NCBI GenBank assembly: GCA_041663665.1
Contig: JBAYMG010000001.1
Coordinates: 1,482 to 65,481 of the forward strand
DNA: 64,000 bases
DNA from: Candidatus Omnitrophota bacterium
GTDB taxonomy: Bacteria; Omnitrophota; Gorgyraeia; Gygaellales; Profunditerraquicolaceae
Direction of reading: 5' to 3'
In this document: piece after piece, positions 29,986 through 39,608 of the stretch
How the letters are laid out: each line of letters begins with the position of its first letter
How positions within the stretch are numbered: position 1 is the first letter of the stretch
Notes under the pieces: model-generated
Database searches by the model: none
Seen by the model: only the letters and a program-made list of their open reading frames with translations
Told to the model about the DNA's origin: nothing
Made by a program: the position numbers and the translations under genes

Positions 29986-30843
29986 ATGACTAAAAATATA
30001 CGAATCATCCCTAGGCTTGATATTAAAGGGCCTAACCTTGTTAAAGGTATTCATTTAGAAGGATTACGTGTTCTTGGTAAACCGGAAGATTTTGCCAGGT
30101 TCTACTATGAAAATGGGGCCGATGAGCTTATTTATATGGACGTTGTTGCTAGTTTATATAATCGAAACAGCTTGCACGATATAATTAATAAAACCGCGCA
30201 GGAAATTTTTATTCCTTTGACAGTTGGGGGAGGGTTAAGAACCATAGAAGATATTCGTAGCGTTTTGCGGGCTGGTGCGGATAAGGTTTCTTTGAATACT
30301 GCGGCTATTAGAAATCCTAACTTTATTCATGAGGCATCGCGTATATTCGGCTCTTCCACAATTATTGTTACTATTGAAGCAATTAAGCAGCCTAACGGAG
30401 AATATTTTGCATATATTGATAATGGCAGGGAATATACGGGGATAGAAGTTTCTTTCTGGGCAAAACAGGTAGAGCAGTTAGGAGCTGGTGAAATATTGTT
30501 GACATCTGTAGATCGTGATGGAACAGGAGCAGGATACGATCTTGATCTGGTGAAAACCGTATCCGAATTAGTATCTATTCCCGTGATTGCCTCCGGCGGA
30601 CCAGGAAAAATTGAGGATATTAAACAAGTCGTAACCGAAGGCTATGCTGATGCTGTGGCAATCGCCTCTATGTTGCATTATGATGCTATCAAGTACTTAG
30701 AATCTAATTTAGATTCGTTTGTCGAAGGGAATGTCGAATTTCTTAAGAGCGGCCGTATTCTTACTAAATTTGAGCCTGTATCGCTACCGAGTATAAAAAA
30801 ATATCTTGTTAATCAAGGTGTTCAATGCCGTTTCGCTAATTGA
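29986..30843 (+). CDS. HisF-like cyclase subunit (WbuZ-type) for acetamidino-sugar synthesis
   Basis: (beta/alpha)8 HisF motifs ([18 protein letters not shown]) found in a glycan locus next to HisH-like and amidotransferase genes. Confidence 0.75.
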   Translation: MTKNIRIIPRLDIKGPNLVKGIHLEGLRVLGKPEDFARFYYENGADELIYMDVVASLYNRNSLHDIINKTAQEIFIPLTVGGGLRTIEDIRSVLRAGADKVSLNTAAIRNPNFIHEASRIFGSSTIIVTIEAIKQPNGEYFAYIDNGREYTGIEVSFWAKQVEQLGAGEILLTSVDRDGTGAGYDLDLVKTVSELVSIPVIASGGPGKIEDIKQVVTEGYADAVAIASMLHYDAIKYLESNLDSFVEGNVEFLKSGRILTKFEPVSLPSIKKYLVNQGVQCRFAN

Positions 30844-30847
30844 AATA

Positions 30848-31543
30848 ATGCTTATGTTTAATTTAGATGAGAATCAGGTAGCGATTATTGATTATGGCAT
30901 GGGTAATTTGTTTAATGTTCAACGAGCTTGTGCCAAGGTTGGATTACGCAGCGTTATTACCGCGGATAAGAATGTTATTATGCAATCAAACGGCGTAATT
31001 CTTCCCGGGGTAGGAGCATTCGGAGATGCCATTGCTAATCTAAAACGATTGGATTTGATTGGTTTAATAAGAGAGCAGATTAGCCGGAACATACCTTTTT
31101 TGGGGGTTTGTCTGGGAATGCAATTATTAATGACTGAAAGTGAAGAATTCGGCGGGCATAAAGGTTTTGATATTATCAGGGGCAGAGTTGTTAAGTTTAA
31201 TAACTCTGATCAGAGAAATCCAATGATTAAAGTTCCTCATGTTGGCTGGAATCGGATACTTTTTAAAAAAAATCAATCTATGAATTTAGGCGATTCTGTT
31301 TTGCAGGATATATCTAATGGTGAGTATATGTATTTCGTGCATTCCTATTATCCTGTACCTGAGGATGACGCGGTTACTGTTACGACGACCTGTTATGAAG
31401 GCATTGAATACTGTTCATCGTTATCTAGGGGGTCGGTTTTTGCTGTGCAGTTTCATCCTGAAAAAAGCGGATTAGAAGGTCTTAAGGTCTATGAGAATTG
31501 GGCAAATAAGGTGAATCAATATGAGGAGTTGAAACACAAATGA
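30848..31543 (+). CDS. HisH-like glutamine amidotransferase subunit (WbuY-type)
   Basis: Class I GATase with the GVCLGMQ catalytic Cys and a His-Glu pair (FHPEKS). Confidence 0.75.
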   Translation: MLMFNLDENQVAIIDYGMGNLFNVQRACAKVGLRSVITADKNVIMQSNGVILPGVGAFGDAIANLKRLDLIGLIREQISRNIPFLGVCLGMQLLMTESEEFGGHKGFDIIRGRVVKFNNSDQRNPMIKVPHVGWNRILFKKNQSMNLGDSVLQDISNGEYMYFVHSYYPVPEDDAVTVTTTCYEGIEYCSSLSRGSVFAVQFHPEKSGLEGLKVYENWANKVNQYEELKHK

Positions 31544-32760
31544 GCGAAAAATTAGAAGTTAAGTATGGATTGCCGGAAGAAGTCAGGTTTTGTAACCGTT
31601 GTGTTATGTCCAATCAAAGGCCTTCTTCTGCTGTAGAATTTAAACATACAATAAATAGCAAAAAAAATACGCTAAATATCGGAAAAGATGGTGTATGCGA
31701 TGCATGCATGCAGGCAGAAAAAAAAGAAAAAATTGATTGGAAAAAGAGGGAAGAGGAACTTGTTCAATTATTGGATAAACATCGGCGTAACGACGGTTAC
31801 TACGATTGCATTGTCCCTGGAAGCGGCGGTAAAGATAGCGCCTTTCAATCACACATTTTAAAATATAAATATGGGATGCATCCCCTGACAGTAACTTGGC
31901 CGCCAATCATTTATACGGATTATGGATATAAAAATTTTAGGAAATGGATTGAAGTTGGCGGGTTTGACAATTTAAGTTTTAATCAAAATGGGCGGGTTAT
32001 GAAGTTATTAACTCGTTTATCTATTGAAAATTTACTACATCCATTTCAAACGTTCATTTTAGGGCAAAAGAATCTGGGGCCGAAGGTTGCTTTGAAATAT
32101 GATATTCCTTTAATTTTTTACGGTGAAAATGAGGCAGAATACGGAAATCCGATTGCGGATAATGCGACATCGCTGCGTGATAAATCATATTATAGTATGA
32201 AGAATATTGATGAAATGTATCTGGGGGGTGTTTCTGTTAGGGAGCTAAGAGATAAGTATGATATTGATTTAATTGATTTAATGACATATTTGCCTGCGCC
32301 GCATGAACAGTTGGAGAAATCCAAGATTGAAGTACATTATCTTGGCTATTATTTAAAATGGACACCGCAGGAAGTTTATTATTATGCTGTTGAAAATACC
32401 GGTTTTGAAGCTAGGCCGTTTAGAACTCAGGGCACTTACAGTAAATATAATAGCATCGATGACAAAATTGACGATCTCCATTATTATACAACATTTATTA
32501 AGTTTGGTATTGGGCGGGCTACTTATGATGCTTCTCAAGAGATAAGAAATAAGCATCTGACGCGTGAGGAAGGTGTCGCTCTGGTAAAGAAATTTGACGG
32601 AGAGTTTCCGGATAAATATTTTAAAGAAATTATGGATTACATTAGCATCGATCCTAATTATTTTATAGAGCTTTGTGATAAGTTCCGGTCGCCGCATTTA
32701 TGGAAGGAAGAAAACGGTGAATGGAAATTAAGGCATGCAGTTTGGCATGATCAGATCTAA
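31540..32760 (+). CDS. N-acetyl sugar amidotransferase (LfnA/WbuX/PseA-type PP-loop ATP pyrophosphatase)
   Basis: PP-loop SGGKDS (VPGSGGKDSAF). The gene follows the hisH/hisF-like pair exactly as in acetamidino-sugar clusters. Confidence 0.7.
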   Translation: MSEKLEVKYGLPEEVRFCNRCVMSNQRPSSAVEFKHTINSKKNTLNIGKDGVCDACMQAEKKEKIDWKKREEELVQLLDKHRRNDGYYDCIVPGSGGKDSAFQSHILKYKYGMHPLTVTWPPIIYTDYGYKNFRKWIEVGGFDNLSFNQNGRVMKLLTRLSIENLLHPFQTFILGQKNLGPKVALKYDIPLIFYGENEAEYGNPIADNATSLRDKSYYSMKNIDEMYLGGVSVRELRDKYDIDLIDLMTYLPAPHEQLEKSKIEVHYLGYYLKWTPQEVYYYAVENTGFEARPFRTQGTYSKYNSIDDKIDDLHYYTTFIKFGIGRATYDASQEIRNKHLTREEGVALVKKFDGEFPDKYFKEIMDYISIDPNYFIELCDKFRSPHLWKEENGEWKLRHAVWHDQI

Positions 32761-32811
32761 GCTGATGTTTTAATCGGTTTAGGTATAATTTAAAAAAGAG
32801 GGGCCTGTTCA

Positions 32812-33618
32812 GTGTATCAACGAACAATTCAAGATAAATTTATTTCGGGATTCAATGGCATCAGGTATTCGATATCCGAACCTATATTCTTACGCATAGT
32901 ACGTGCCCTATACGAACATCATTATTCTGATTCCCAAGAAACACCTCTCGTATCAATTGCCATTCCGACTTACAACAGGGGAAAATTGTTGGTTGAACGG
33001 ACCCTGCCGTCGATATTTGCGCAGACGTATAAAAATATAGAAATAGTAATTGTTGGTGATTGTTGCCCGGATGATACTGTAAAACTTCTCAGGAAAGTTG
33101 AAGATTCCAGGCTAAGGTTCTTTAATCTTTCCCAACGAACCAAATATCCAAATGACCCCGCATGCAGATGGTTCATTTCAGGATTGGTGCCTCTTAACAA
33201 AGGAATGGAGTTGGCACGCGGGAAATGGATCGCTTATTTTGATGATGATGATATTATGGCACCTGACCATGTTGAAAGCCTGTTGCGGTTTGCTCAACAT
33301 GGGAATTACGAATTTGTAGCTGGACTTTATGAAGAAGAGCGCGATGGCCAAAAACATATTTTAGGGCAAAAAAATGCAGACTATCCTGAGTTCGGCGGGC
33401 ATGGCACGTCGCTATACCGAAGTTACTTGCGTTGTTTTAAGTATAACATAAACAGTTGGCGCAAAGTTTACAATAGACCTCAAGATATCGATAGGCAGCT
33501 CAGGTTGAGGTGTGCAGGAGTTAGAATGGAACTTCTAGAAAAGGTTGTGAGTTGTGTTGCACCAAGGCCGGGATTGAATACGGTTGGATTAGCTGCCAGG
33601 ATGATAAAACCTGAATAA
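32812..33618 (+). CDS. family 2 glycosyltransferase
   Basis: VSIAIPTYNRGKLL...DCCPDDT...DDDD is GT-A/GT2. GTG start after an AGAGGGG ribosome-binding site. Confidence 0.6.
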   Translation: MYQRTIQDKFISGFNGIRYSISEPIFLRIVRALYEHHYSDSQETPLVSIAIPTYNRGKLLVERTLPSIFAQTYKNIEIVIVGDCCPDDTVKLLRKVEDSRLRFFNLSQRTKYPNDPACRWFISGLVPLNKGMELARGKWIAYFDDDDIMAPDHVESLLRFAQHGNYEFVAGLYEEERDGQKHILGQKNADYPEFGGHGTSLYRSYLRCFKYNINSWRKVYNRPQDIDRQLRLRCAGVRMELLEKVVSCVAPRPGLNTVGLAARMIKPE

Positions 33619-33649
33619 CTAAGATTTTTTCCTATTGGAGGTTTATTTA

Positions 33650-34831
33650 ATGATTCCTTTGATGAAAAGCGCTTTTTTTAATGAACGGGATACAAAAAAA
33701 GCGTTATCAAAATTAATTTTAAAAGCAAAACGTTTAAGCATGGGGGAACAGGTTGAAGCTTTTGAGGAGGAATTCGCTTTGTTTCAAGGCGCAAAGAATG
33801 CAATCCTCGTGAACAGCGGAGGAAGTGCTAATCTTGCCATGCTCCAGGTGCTTAAAAATCTTGGCCGGCTGAAAGATGGGGATAAAATTGGTTTTTCTGC
33901 GTTAACTTGGTCTACAAATGTTATGCCTATTCTACAGCTTGGAATGCAACCAGTACCTGTTGATTGCGATAGAAATACTCTCAACGCCATGGCATATCAG
34001 CTTAAACACCGGCTTAATAAGACAGATCTTAAGGCGTTTTTTATTACCAATGCACTTGGTTTTTCCGGCGATCTTGATAAAATTCGTGAGATTTGTAATG
34101 AATCTAAGATTATTCTTATTGAAGATAATTGTGAGGCATTGGGAACGGAATTACCTTCCGGTAAAACCGGTAGTTTTGGGCTAATGTCGTCTTTTTCCTT
34201 ATTTGTCGCGCATCATATGTCCACTATTGAAGGTGGAATAATCTGTAGTAGTGACGGAGATATCGAAGAAATGCTTAAGATTGTTCGAGCTAATGGGTGG
34301 GATCGGAATTTAAAAAAATATCAACAACTTAAGTGGCGCAAAAAACATTGTATTGATTCCGAATTCGAGTCTAAGTATACTTTCTACGATCTTGGTTACA
34401 ATATACGGCCAACAGAAATAACAGGGTTTCTTGGACGTAATCAACTTAAATATCTAAAGCGGAATATAGTGATAAGGGAGAAAAATTATTTAACTTTGGA
34501 AGCCTGTGTGCAGGATAACGCTGATCTAATAAAACTCGACAGATCGCATATTTCACTGCTTTCAAGTTTTGCGTTCCCTGTTCTATGTAAGTCGCCTAAA
34601 CTGAAAAGCAGATATATGGACCGGTTTTTTAGGGCGGGAGTCGAGATCCGCCCTATGATCGCCGGCAACATCCAAAGGCAGCCTTTTTATAAAAAATATG
34701 TAGCAACTTTCTACGAACTTCCGGATACTGATTTCATCAATGAATGCGGATTCTACTGCGGTAATTATCCCGAATTAAGCAAGCCGGATATTAAAACCAT
34801 AATCGGCTGTCTTAGGGGGGATCGATCATGA
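33650..34831 (+). CDS. PMP-dependent nucleotide-sugar 3-dehydratase (ColD / E1-DdhC family)
   Basis: DegT fold in which the Schiff-base Lys is replaced by His (SFSLFVAHHMSTIEGG). LIEDNCEALG and RANGWDRNL match ColD-type dehydratases. Confidence 0.7.
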   Translation: MIPLMKSAFFNERDTKKALSKLILKAKRLSMGEQVEAFEEEFALFQGAKNAILVNSGGSANLAMLQVLKNLGRLKDGDKIGFSALTWSTNVMPILQLGMQPVPVDCDRNTLNAMAYQLKHRLNKTDLKAFFITNALGFSGDLDKIREICNESKIILIEDNCEALGTELPSGKTGSFGLMSSFSLFVAHHMSTIEGGIICSSDGDIEEMLKIVRANGWDRNLKKYQQLKWRKKHCIDSEFESKYTFYDLGYNIRPTEITGFLGRNQLKYLKRNIVIREKNYLTLEACVQDNADLIKLDRSHISLLSSFAFPVLCKSPKLKSRYMDRFFRAGVEIRPMIAGNIQRQPFYKKYVATFYELPDTDFINECGFYCGNYPELSKPDIKTIIGCLRGDRS

Positions 34832-35637
34832 TCATCGTTAGATTGATAGGGGGGCTCGGGAATCAACTGTTTCAGTATGCCGCCGCGCGGCAGTTATCTA
34901 AAATTCATCAAACAGGGCTAAAGATCGATATTTCGGGATTTAAAGAATATAAAAACCATAGATATTCGTTGACGCACTTTAGTATAATCGAAGATTATAT
35001 TTCTAAAGAAGAGACTTTCGGGATCGAAGAAATAAAGGCAAAATATTTTCATTTCGATCCTGAATTTAGGGAAATACCAGATAATATTATTTTAACTGGT
35101 TATTGGCAGACAGAAAAATATTTTATCGGAATATCGGAAATTATCAGAGATGAGTTTACTGTGAAGTATCCATTGAAGGATAAAGATCTTGAAATCTCCC
35201 GATTGATCAAAGATTCTAATTCTGTCAGTATGCACATCCGGCGCTGTGATTATCTCCCTGGCACGTTCAAAGATCAAATTTTCGATTGTTTAAGCCCGGA
35301 TTATTATATTAATGCGGTTAAACGCTTATCCGAAGAAGAGAGTAATTTAGTGTTTTTCATATTTAGCGACGATCCGGAATGGTCCAAAGACAATATTAAA
35401 TTAGAATATCCATGTATATTTGTAGAACATAATACAGCTGATACAAATTATGAAGATCTTCGTTTAATGAGCCTGTGTAAGCATAGTATCATCGCTAACA
35501 GTTCCTTCGGTTGGTGGGGAGCCTGGTTAAATAAAAACCAAAATAAAAAAGTTTATGCCCCGAAAAGATGGTTTAATTCTAATGTCAGGAATTTAGACCC
35601 AAAAGATATCATACCTTCTGCCTGGATTAAGATATGA
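34828..35637 (+). CDS. GT11-family alpha-1,2-fucosyl(-like) transferase
   Basis: N-terminal MIIVRLIGGLGNQLFQYAAA is the GT11 signature. Confidence 0.7.
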   Translation: MIIVRLIGGLGNQLFQYAAARQLSKIHQTGLKIDISGFKEYKNHRYSLTHFSIIEDYISKEETFGIEEIKAKYFHFDPEFREIPDNIILTGYWQTEKYFIGISEIIRDEFTVKYPLKDKDLEISRLIKDSNSVSMHIRRCDYLPGTFKDQIFDCLSPDYYINAVKRLSEEESNLVFFIFSDDPEWSKDNIKLEYPCIFVEHNTADTNYEDLRLMSLCKHSIIANSSFGWWGAWLNKNQNKKVYAPKRWFNSNVRNLDPKDIIPSAWIKI

Positions 35638-37631
35638 AAAAAAAGTATAAAGATAAAGAACCTCTAAAGAAAATCAAAATTCAGGCAGTGCAATTTAATA
35701 ATTCGTACGATAAGAATGTGTTTATTCCCTATAGTGTGGGTGTATTGCAGGCTTTCAGCCAGAAGTACCGGCGGATCAAGGAGCATTTTGAGTTTTTGCC
35801 GTATTTATACCGACGGGGAGCTGTTGAGGAACTTGCGAAAAAAGCCAGTGGTGCGGATATCCTGTGCGTTTCTTGCTATATGTGGAACTGGAAATTGAAT
35901 ATGGCTTTACTCGCACGGGTCCGCCGGCTCAATGAACGCTGCCTTATTATTGTCGGTGGCCCCCAGGTCCCGGACGAAGCGGAGAACTTGTTTAAAGAAC
36001 ACTCGGAGATAGATATTGCTATTCATGGTGAGGGTGAGGAAACATTTCATGAGATCCTCAATACGTATCTTCAGAGGGGGGATTTTCGCGGAGTCAAGGG
36101 GATGTCTTACCATGACCGTCGAACCGGGGAGTTCTTTTATGGAGGAATGCGGCCGGAGATAGCTCGGCTTGATGATATTCCGTCTCCGTATCTAACGGGA
36201 GTTTTTGACCGGTTGATGGCCGATGACAAAGCCGATTGGGTTGCTTCCTGGGAAACCAACAGAGGGTGCCCTTTCTCCTGCACGTACTGTTATTGGGGGC
36301 GGCGCTCGCAGACATTACGCAATTTCAGTATGGACCGGTTGTTTGCGGAGATTGAATGGTTTGGTCAGAACGATATCCCTTTGATCTTTGGCTGTGATGC
36401 CAATTTTGGGATATCGAAACGGGATTTGGACCTGGTGAAACGGCTGGCCGGGACCAAGAAAAAACACGGTTATCCGCAAACCTTCAGGGTTTGCAATATG
36501 AAAAACAGCAATGATGTTGTTTTTGACGTCGAAAAAGTACTGCACGAATCCTGTATGTCTAAAGGGACATCGATAAGTTTCCAGAGTCTTTCTCCGAAAG
36601 TCCTGCATAATGTAAAACGTAAGAATATCCGTATAGATTTATTTCATACACTGCAGAAACGTTATATGAAAGCGGGAATGCCGACCTATACGGAAATAAT
36701 CATTGCCTTACCGGGCGAGACTTATGAGACATTCGTTAACGGCATCAATACCTTGCTGGAGAATGGCCAGCATAGCCAACTTCATCTTTATAATTGCACG
36801 ATTCTTGTGAATTCCGAAATGGGACAGGAAAGTTATTTGAAGAAATACGGGATAAAAACAGTCGAAGGCCCTATCTTTCAACAGCATGTGACGCCGGATA
36901 CATCCGTGGATCGCGTAACTGAGTATGAGAAAATCGTTGTGACCACTGATGCCATGTCTTTAGCTGACTGGCGACGAACTTATGAATTTGCCTGGGCCGT
37001 ACTCTGTTTTCATTGTTTGGGCATATTTCAGATGATTTCGGTTCTCATTTATGGGCGATATAGGATTTCTTACCGCGTGTTTTATGAATCATTAGTCATT
37101 TTTGCAAAAAGTAACCCGAAGAGCCTTATTGGCCGGGAACTCATCGCGCTTAACGATATCCTGGACAATGTTCTTAAGGGGATAGGTTTTGATCAATTCC
37201 TGCCGGAGTTCGGCGAAGTGAACTGGCCTTCTGAGGAGGCCACCTTTTTACGATTATCTAATGGTATTGATTTGTTATACGGGGAATGCAGGCAGTTTCT
37301 TAAATCTTTTTTTAAGGCGCAGCATATAAAACCGGATTTAGATATTCTTAACGATCTTTTAAAATATCAAAGGCAGCGGCTAGTGCATTATGACGACGAT
37401 TATAACTCTGATCATGTCTTTGTGCTTAATTTCAATATCGTAGAATACATTAATGCCGTTATGCAAGGAGAGTCCTGCTCTCTACGCCGCGGGAAAAAAT
37501 GGTATCGCATCGTACGTGATCAGAATTTTAATGGCGATAAAAAGCGATTCGCTCGGGAAGCCGTTTGGTATGGTCGCAAAGGCGGGAAATTTTTGTATGC
37601 GGTTTATTCCATTGCGAAACCGGTAAAATAA
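35634..37631 (+). CDS. cobalamin-binding radical SAM enzyme (class B-like), 665 aa, with an uncharacterised ~300-aa C-terminal extension
   Basis: N-terminal B12-binding-like Rossmann region followed by CxxxCxxC (RGCPFSCTYCYWG). It sits in a GC-richer block. Confidence 0.7.
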   Translation: MKKKYKDKEPLKKIKIQAVQFNNSYDKNVFIPYSVGVLQAFSQKYRRIKEHFEFLPYLYRRGAVEELAKKASGADILCVSCYMWNWKLNMALLARVRRLNERCLIIVGGPQVPDEAENLFKEHSEIDIAIHGEGEETFHEILNTYLQRGDFRGVKGMSYHDRRTGEFFYGGMRPEIARLDDIPSPYLTGVFDRLMADDKADWVASWETNRGCPFSCTYCYWGRRSQTLRNFSMDRLFAEIEWFGQNDIPLIFGCDANFGISKRDLDLVKRLAGTKKKHGYPQTFRVCNMKNSNDVVFDVEKVLHESCMSKGTSISFQSLSPKVLHNVKRKNIRIDLFHTLQKRYMKAGMPTYTEIIIALPGETYETFVNGINTLLENGQHSQLHLYNCTILVNSEMGQESYLKKYGIKTVEGPIFQQHVTPDTSVDRVTEYEKIVVTTDAMSLADWRRTYEFAWAVLCFHCLGIFQMISVLIYGRYRISYRVFYESLVIFAKSNPKSLIGRELIALNDILDNVLKGIGFDQFLPEFGEVNWPSEEATFLRLSNGIDLLYGECRQFLKSFFKAQHIKPDLDILNDLLKYQRQRLVHYDDDYNSDHVFVLNFNIVEYINAVMQGESCSLRRGKKWYRIVRDQNFNGDKKRFAREAVWYGRKGGKFLYAVYSIAKPVK

Positions 37632-37651
37632 CTTTAGCTAGCGGTAGGTAT

Positions 37652-38692
37652 ATGATGAAAAGTAAGCTTAGATGGGGGATTCTTGGTACAGGGAATATCG
37701 CTCGAATCTTTGCTAAAGGTATAGCTGATTCCAGTACTGGTCAGCTTTTTGCGGTTGCCAGCCGGAATTTATCTGATGCTCAAAAATTTGGTGAAGAGTT
37801 TGACGTGCCGGTCCAATATGGCAGTTACGAGGCTCTCATCGCGGATCCCAGAGTTCAGGTAGTCCATATTGCGCTTCCGCATGTTTTTCATGCTGAATGG
37901 GCTATCCGTTCCGCCTATGCAGGAAAACATATCCTTTGTGAGAAGCCTCTCGCTATAAATTATGCTGAGGCCAAAACAATTATCGATGCAGCCAGTCGTA
38001 ATGATGTTTTTTTAATGGAAGCTCTTATGTACCGCTGCCATCCTCAAACCGTGAAGCTTATTGAATTGCTTCGTTCCAAAGTGATAGGAGATATTAGAAT
38101 CATTCAGGCCACATTCAGCTTCCAGGCGGATCGAAATTTTAACAACCGTGCATTGAGCAATGATTTTGGGGGCGGAGGCATCTTGGATGTCGGTTGTTAT
38201 CCGGTTTCTATGGCTCGATTAATTGCTGGAATAGCGCTTAACAAAGAATATGCCGAACCAGTTGAGGTCTATGGTGTGGGGCATGTTGGTTCCGAAAACC
38301 TGATAGATGAATGGGCGATTTGTTGTTTAAAGTTTCCTAATGATATTCTTGCCCAAGTCGCTGCAGGCGTATATCTTGCTCAAGAAAATGTCGTGCGTAT
38401 TTTCGGTTCAGAGGGGCATATATTTATTCCTTCGCCGTGGGTTCCGGGAGGGCGTGAGCCGGGAACCACGAGAATTATTGTATACAAACGTAGTGAAAAT
38501 AAACCTCAAGAGTTCATTACCGAAACCGCGATGGGTTTGTATTCGCTTGAAGCGGATATGGTTGCAAATAATATAAAGATGCGCCAGGCTCCTGTAATGA
38601 AATTGGAAGATAGTCTGGGAAACATGAGAGCGCTTGATCGTTGGAGACAATCCGTAGGTGTAGCCTATCCGCGGGATGGGCAGGTGAGGTAA
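37652..38692 (+). CDS. Gfo/Idh/MocA-family NAD(P)-dependent sugar oxidoreductase
   Basis: WGILGTGNIARIFAKG...EKPLA motifs. Confidence 0.7.
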   Translation: MMKSKLRWGILGTGNIARIFAKGIADSSTGQLFAVASRNLSDAQKFGEEFDVPVQYGSYEALIADPRVQVVHIALPHVFHAEWAIRSAYAGKHILCEKPLAINYAEAKTIIDAASRNDVFLMEALMYRCHPQTVKLIELLRSKVIGDIRIIQATFSFQADRNFNNRALSNDFGGGGILDVGCYPVSMARLIAGIALNKEYAEPVEVYGVGHVGSENLIDEWAICCLKFPNDILAQVAAGVYLAQENVVRIFGSEGHIFIPSPWVPGGREPGTTRIIVYKRSENKPQEFITETAMGLYSLEADMVANNIKMRQAPVMKLEDSLGNMRALDRWRQSVGVAYPRDGQVR

Positions 38693-38693
38693 T

Positions 38694-39608
38694 ATGCGCA
38701 TAACTAAGAATAGTGAGCTTGTTTTAACAGCTGAGTTTAAAAAAACTATCGCTAAAATAGTTAATGATTCTTTAGATAAGAATGCAATCGACGGCGCATG
38801 GCTTACTAATGCCGATCGTTTGTGCCGGAAAATTTTAACCTGTGATCCCGGGGATTTCCTGCAATGGGATGTGATCCTTAGAACAATGGTTGTTGGTAAC
38901 GCTAATTTTGTCCGCGATGAGTTAGATTTTCTCCAGGCTCTTCCTGATTGGGAAAGTCGGTGGAAAGACGCCATTGAAGAATCTTCAGTGGGTAATCCAA
39001 CCTATTACGATGAGTTTCCTTCTAGTAGCGGAAATCTAATCCATCTTGCTTACCATCTGGCGCAGTTTGAGAAGAAAACGGGAATAGATATTAACCGCGC
39101 GGGTTTTATTCTCGAATTTGGCGGCGGTTATGGGGGCATGTGCAGGTTAATCCATAAATTGAATTTTAAAGGCAGGTATATTATTTTTGATCTGCCGCCC
39201 TTGTCCGCCTTGCAGCATTTTTTTATTAATATGAATGGTATACCGGTCGGGTATTATAATAAATTTCTGGAAAAAGATTCAAACGGGGTAATTTGTGTGT
39301 CTGATTTTGCGCATTTAGGAGCCGTTGTTTCTGATTATCCGAACATTGATAATGCCGTATTTCTTGCAACCTGGTCGCTGAGCGAGACGCCGATCAGTTT
39401 GCGGCAGTCTATTTTATCTCTGGTAGAACCATTTAAAGCTTTTCTCCTCGCATACCAGGGATATTTCGGTAATATAGACAATTCAGGATTTTTTTTAGAA
39501 TGGGCTGATGCGATGAATGATATTGAATGGCATAGCTGGAAAATCAAACATCTGCCAAATAAATTATACCGGGATAACTATTATCTGATGGGGAAGAGAA
39601 TATGTTGA
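38694..39608 (+). CDS. hypothetical protein, possible SAM-dependent methyltransferase
   Basis: Contains a motif-I-like EFGGGYGGMCRL, but no other confident motifs. Confidence 0.3.
   Translation: MRITKNSELVLTAEFKKTIAKIVNDSLDKNAIDGAWLTNADRLCRKILTCDPGDFLQWDVILRTMVVGNANFVRDELDFLQALPDWESRWKDAIEESSVGNPTYYDEFPSSSGNLIHLAYHLAQFEKKTGIDINRAGFILEFGGGYGGMCRLIHKLNFKGRYIIFDLPPLSALQHFFINMNGIPVGYYNKFLEKDSNGVICVSDFAHLGAVVSDYPNIDNAVFLATWSLSETPISLRQSILSLVEPFKAFLLAYQGYFGNIDNSGFFLEWADAMNDIEWHSWKIKHLPNKLYRDNYYLMGKRIC

Noticed and set aside
38408-38974. 188-aa minus-strand ORF, plus the Arg-rich minus ORFs at 36094-36608
   Set aside because: They lie inside the GC-richer block, antisense to well-supported radical SAM, oxidoreductase and methyltransferase-like genes. 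Their Arg/Pro/Ser bias is typical of antisense frames.
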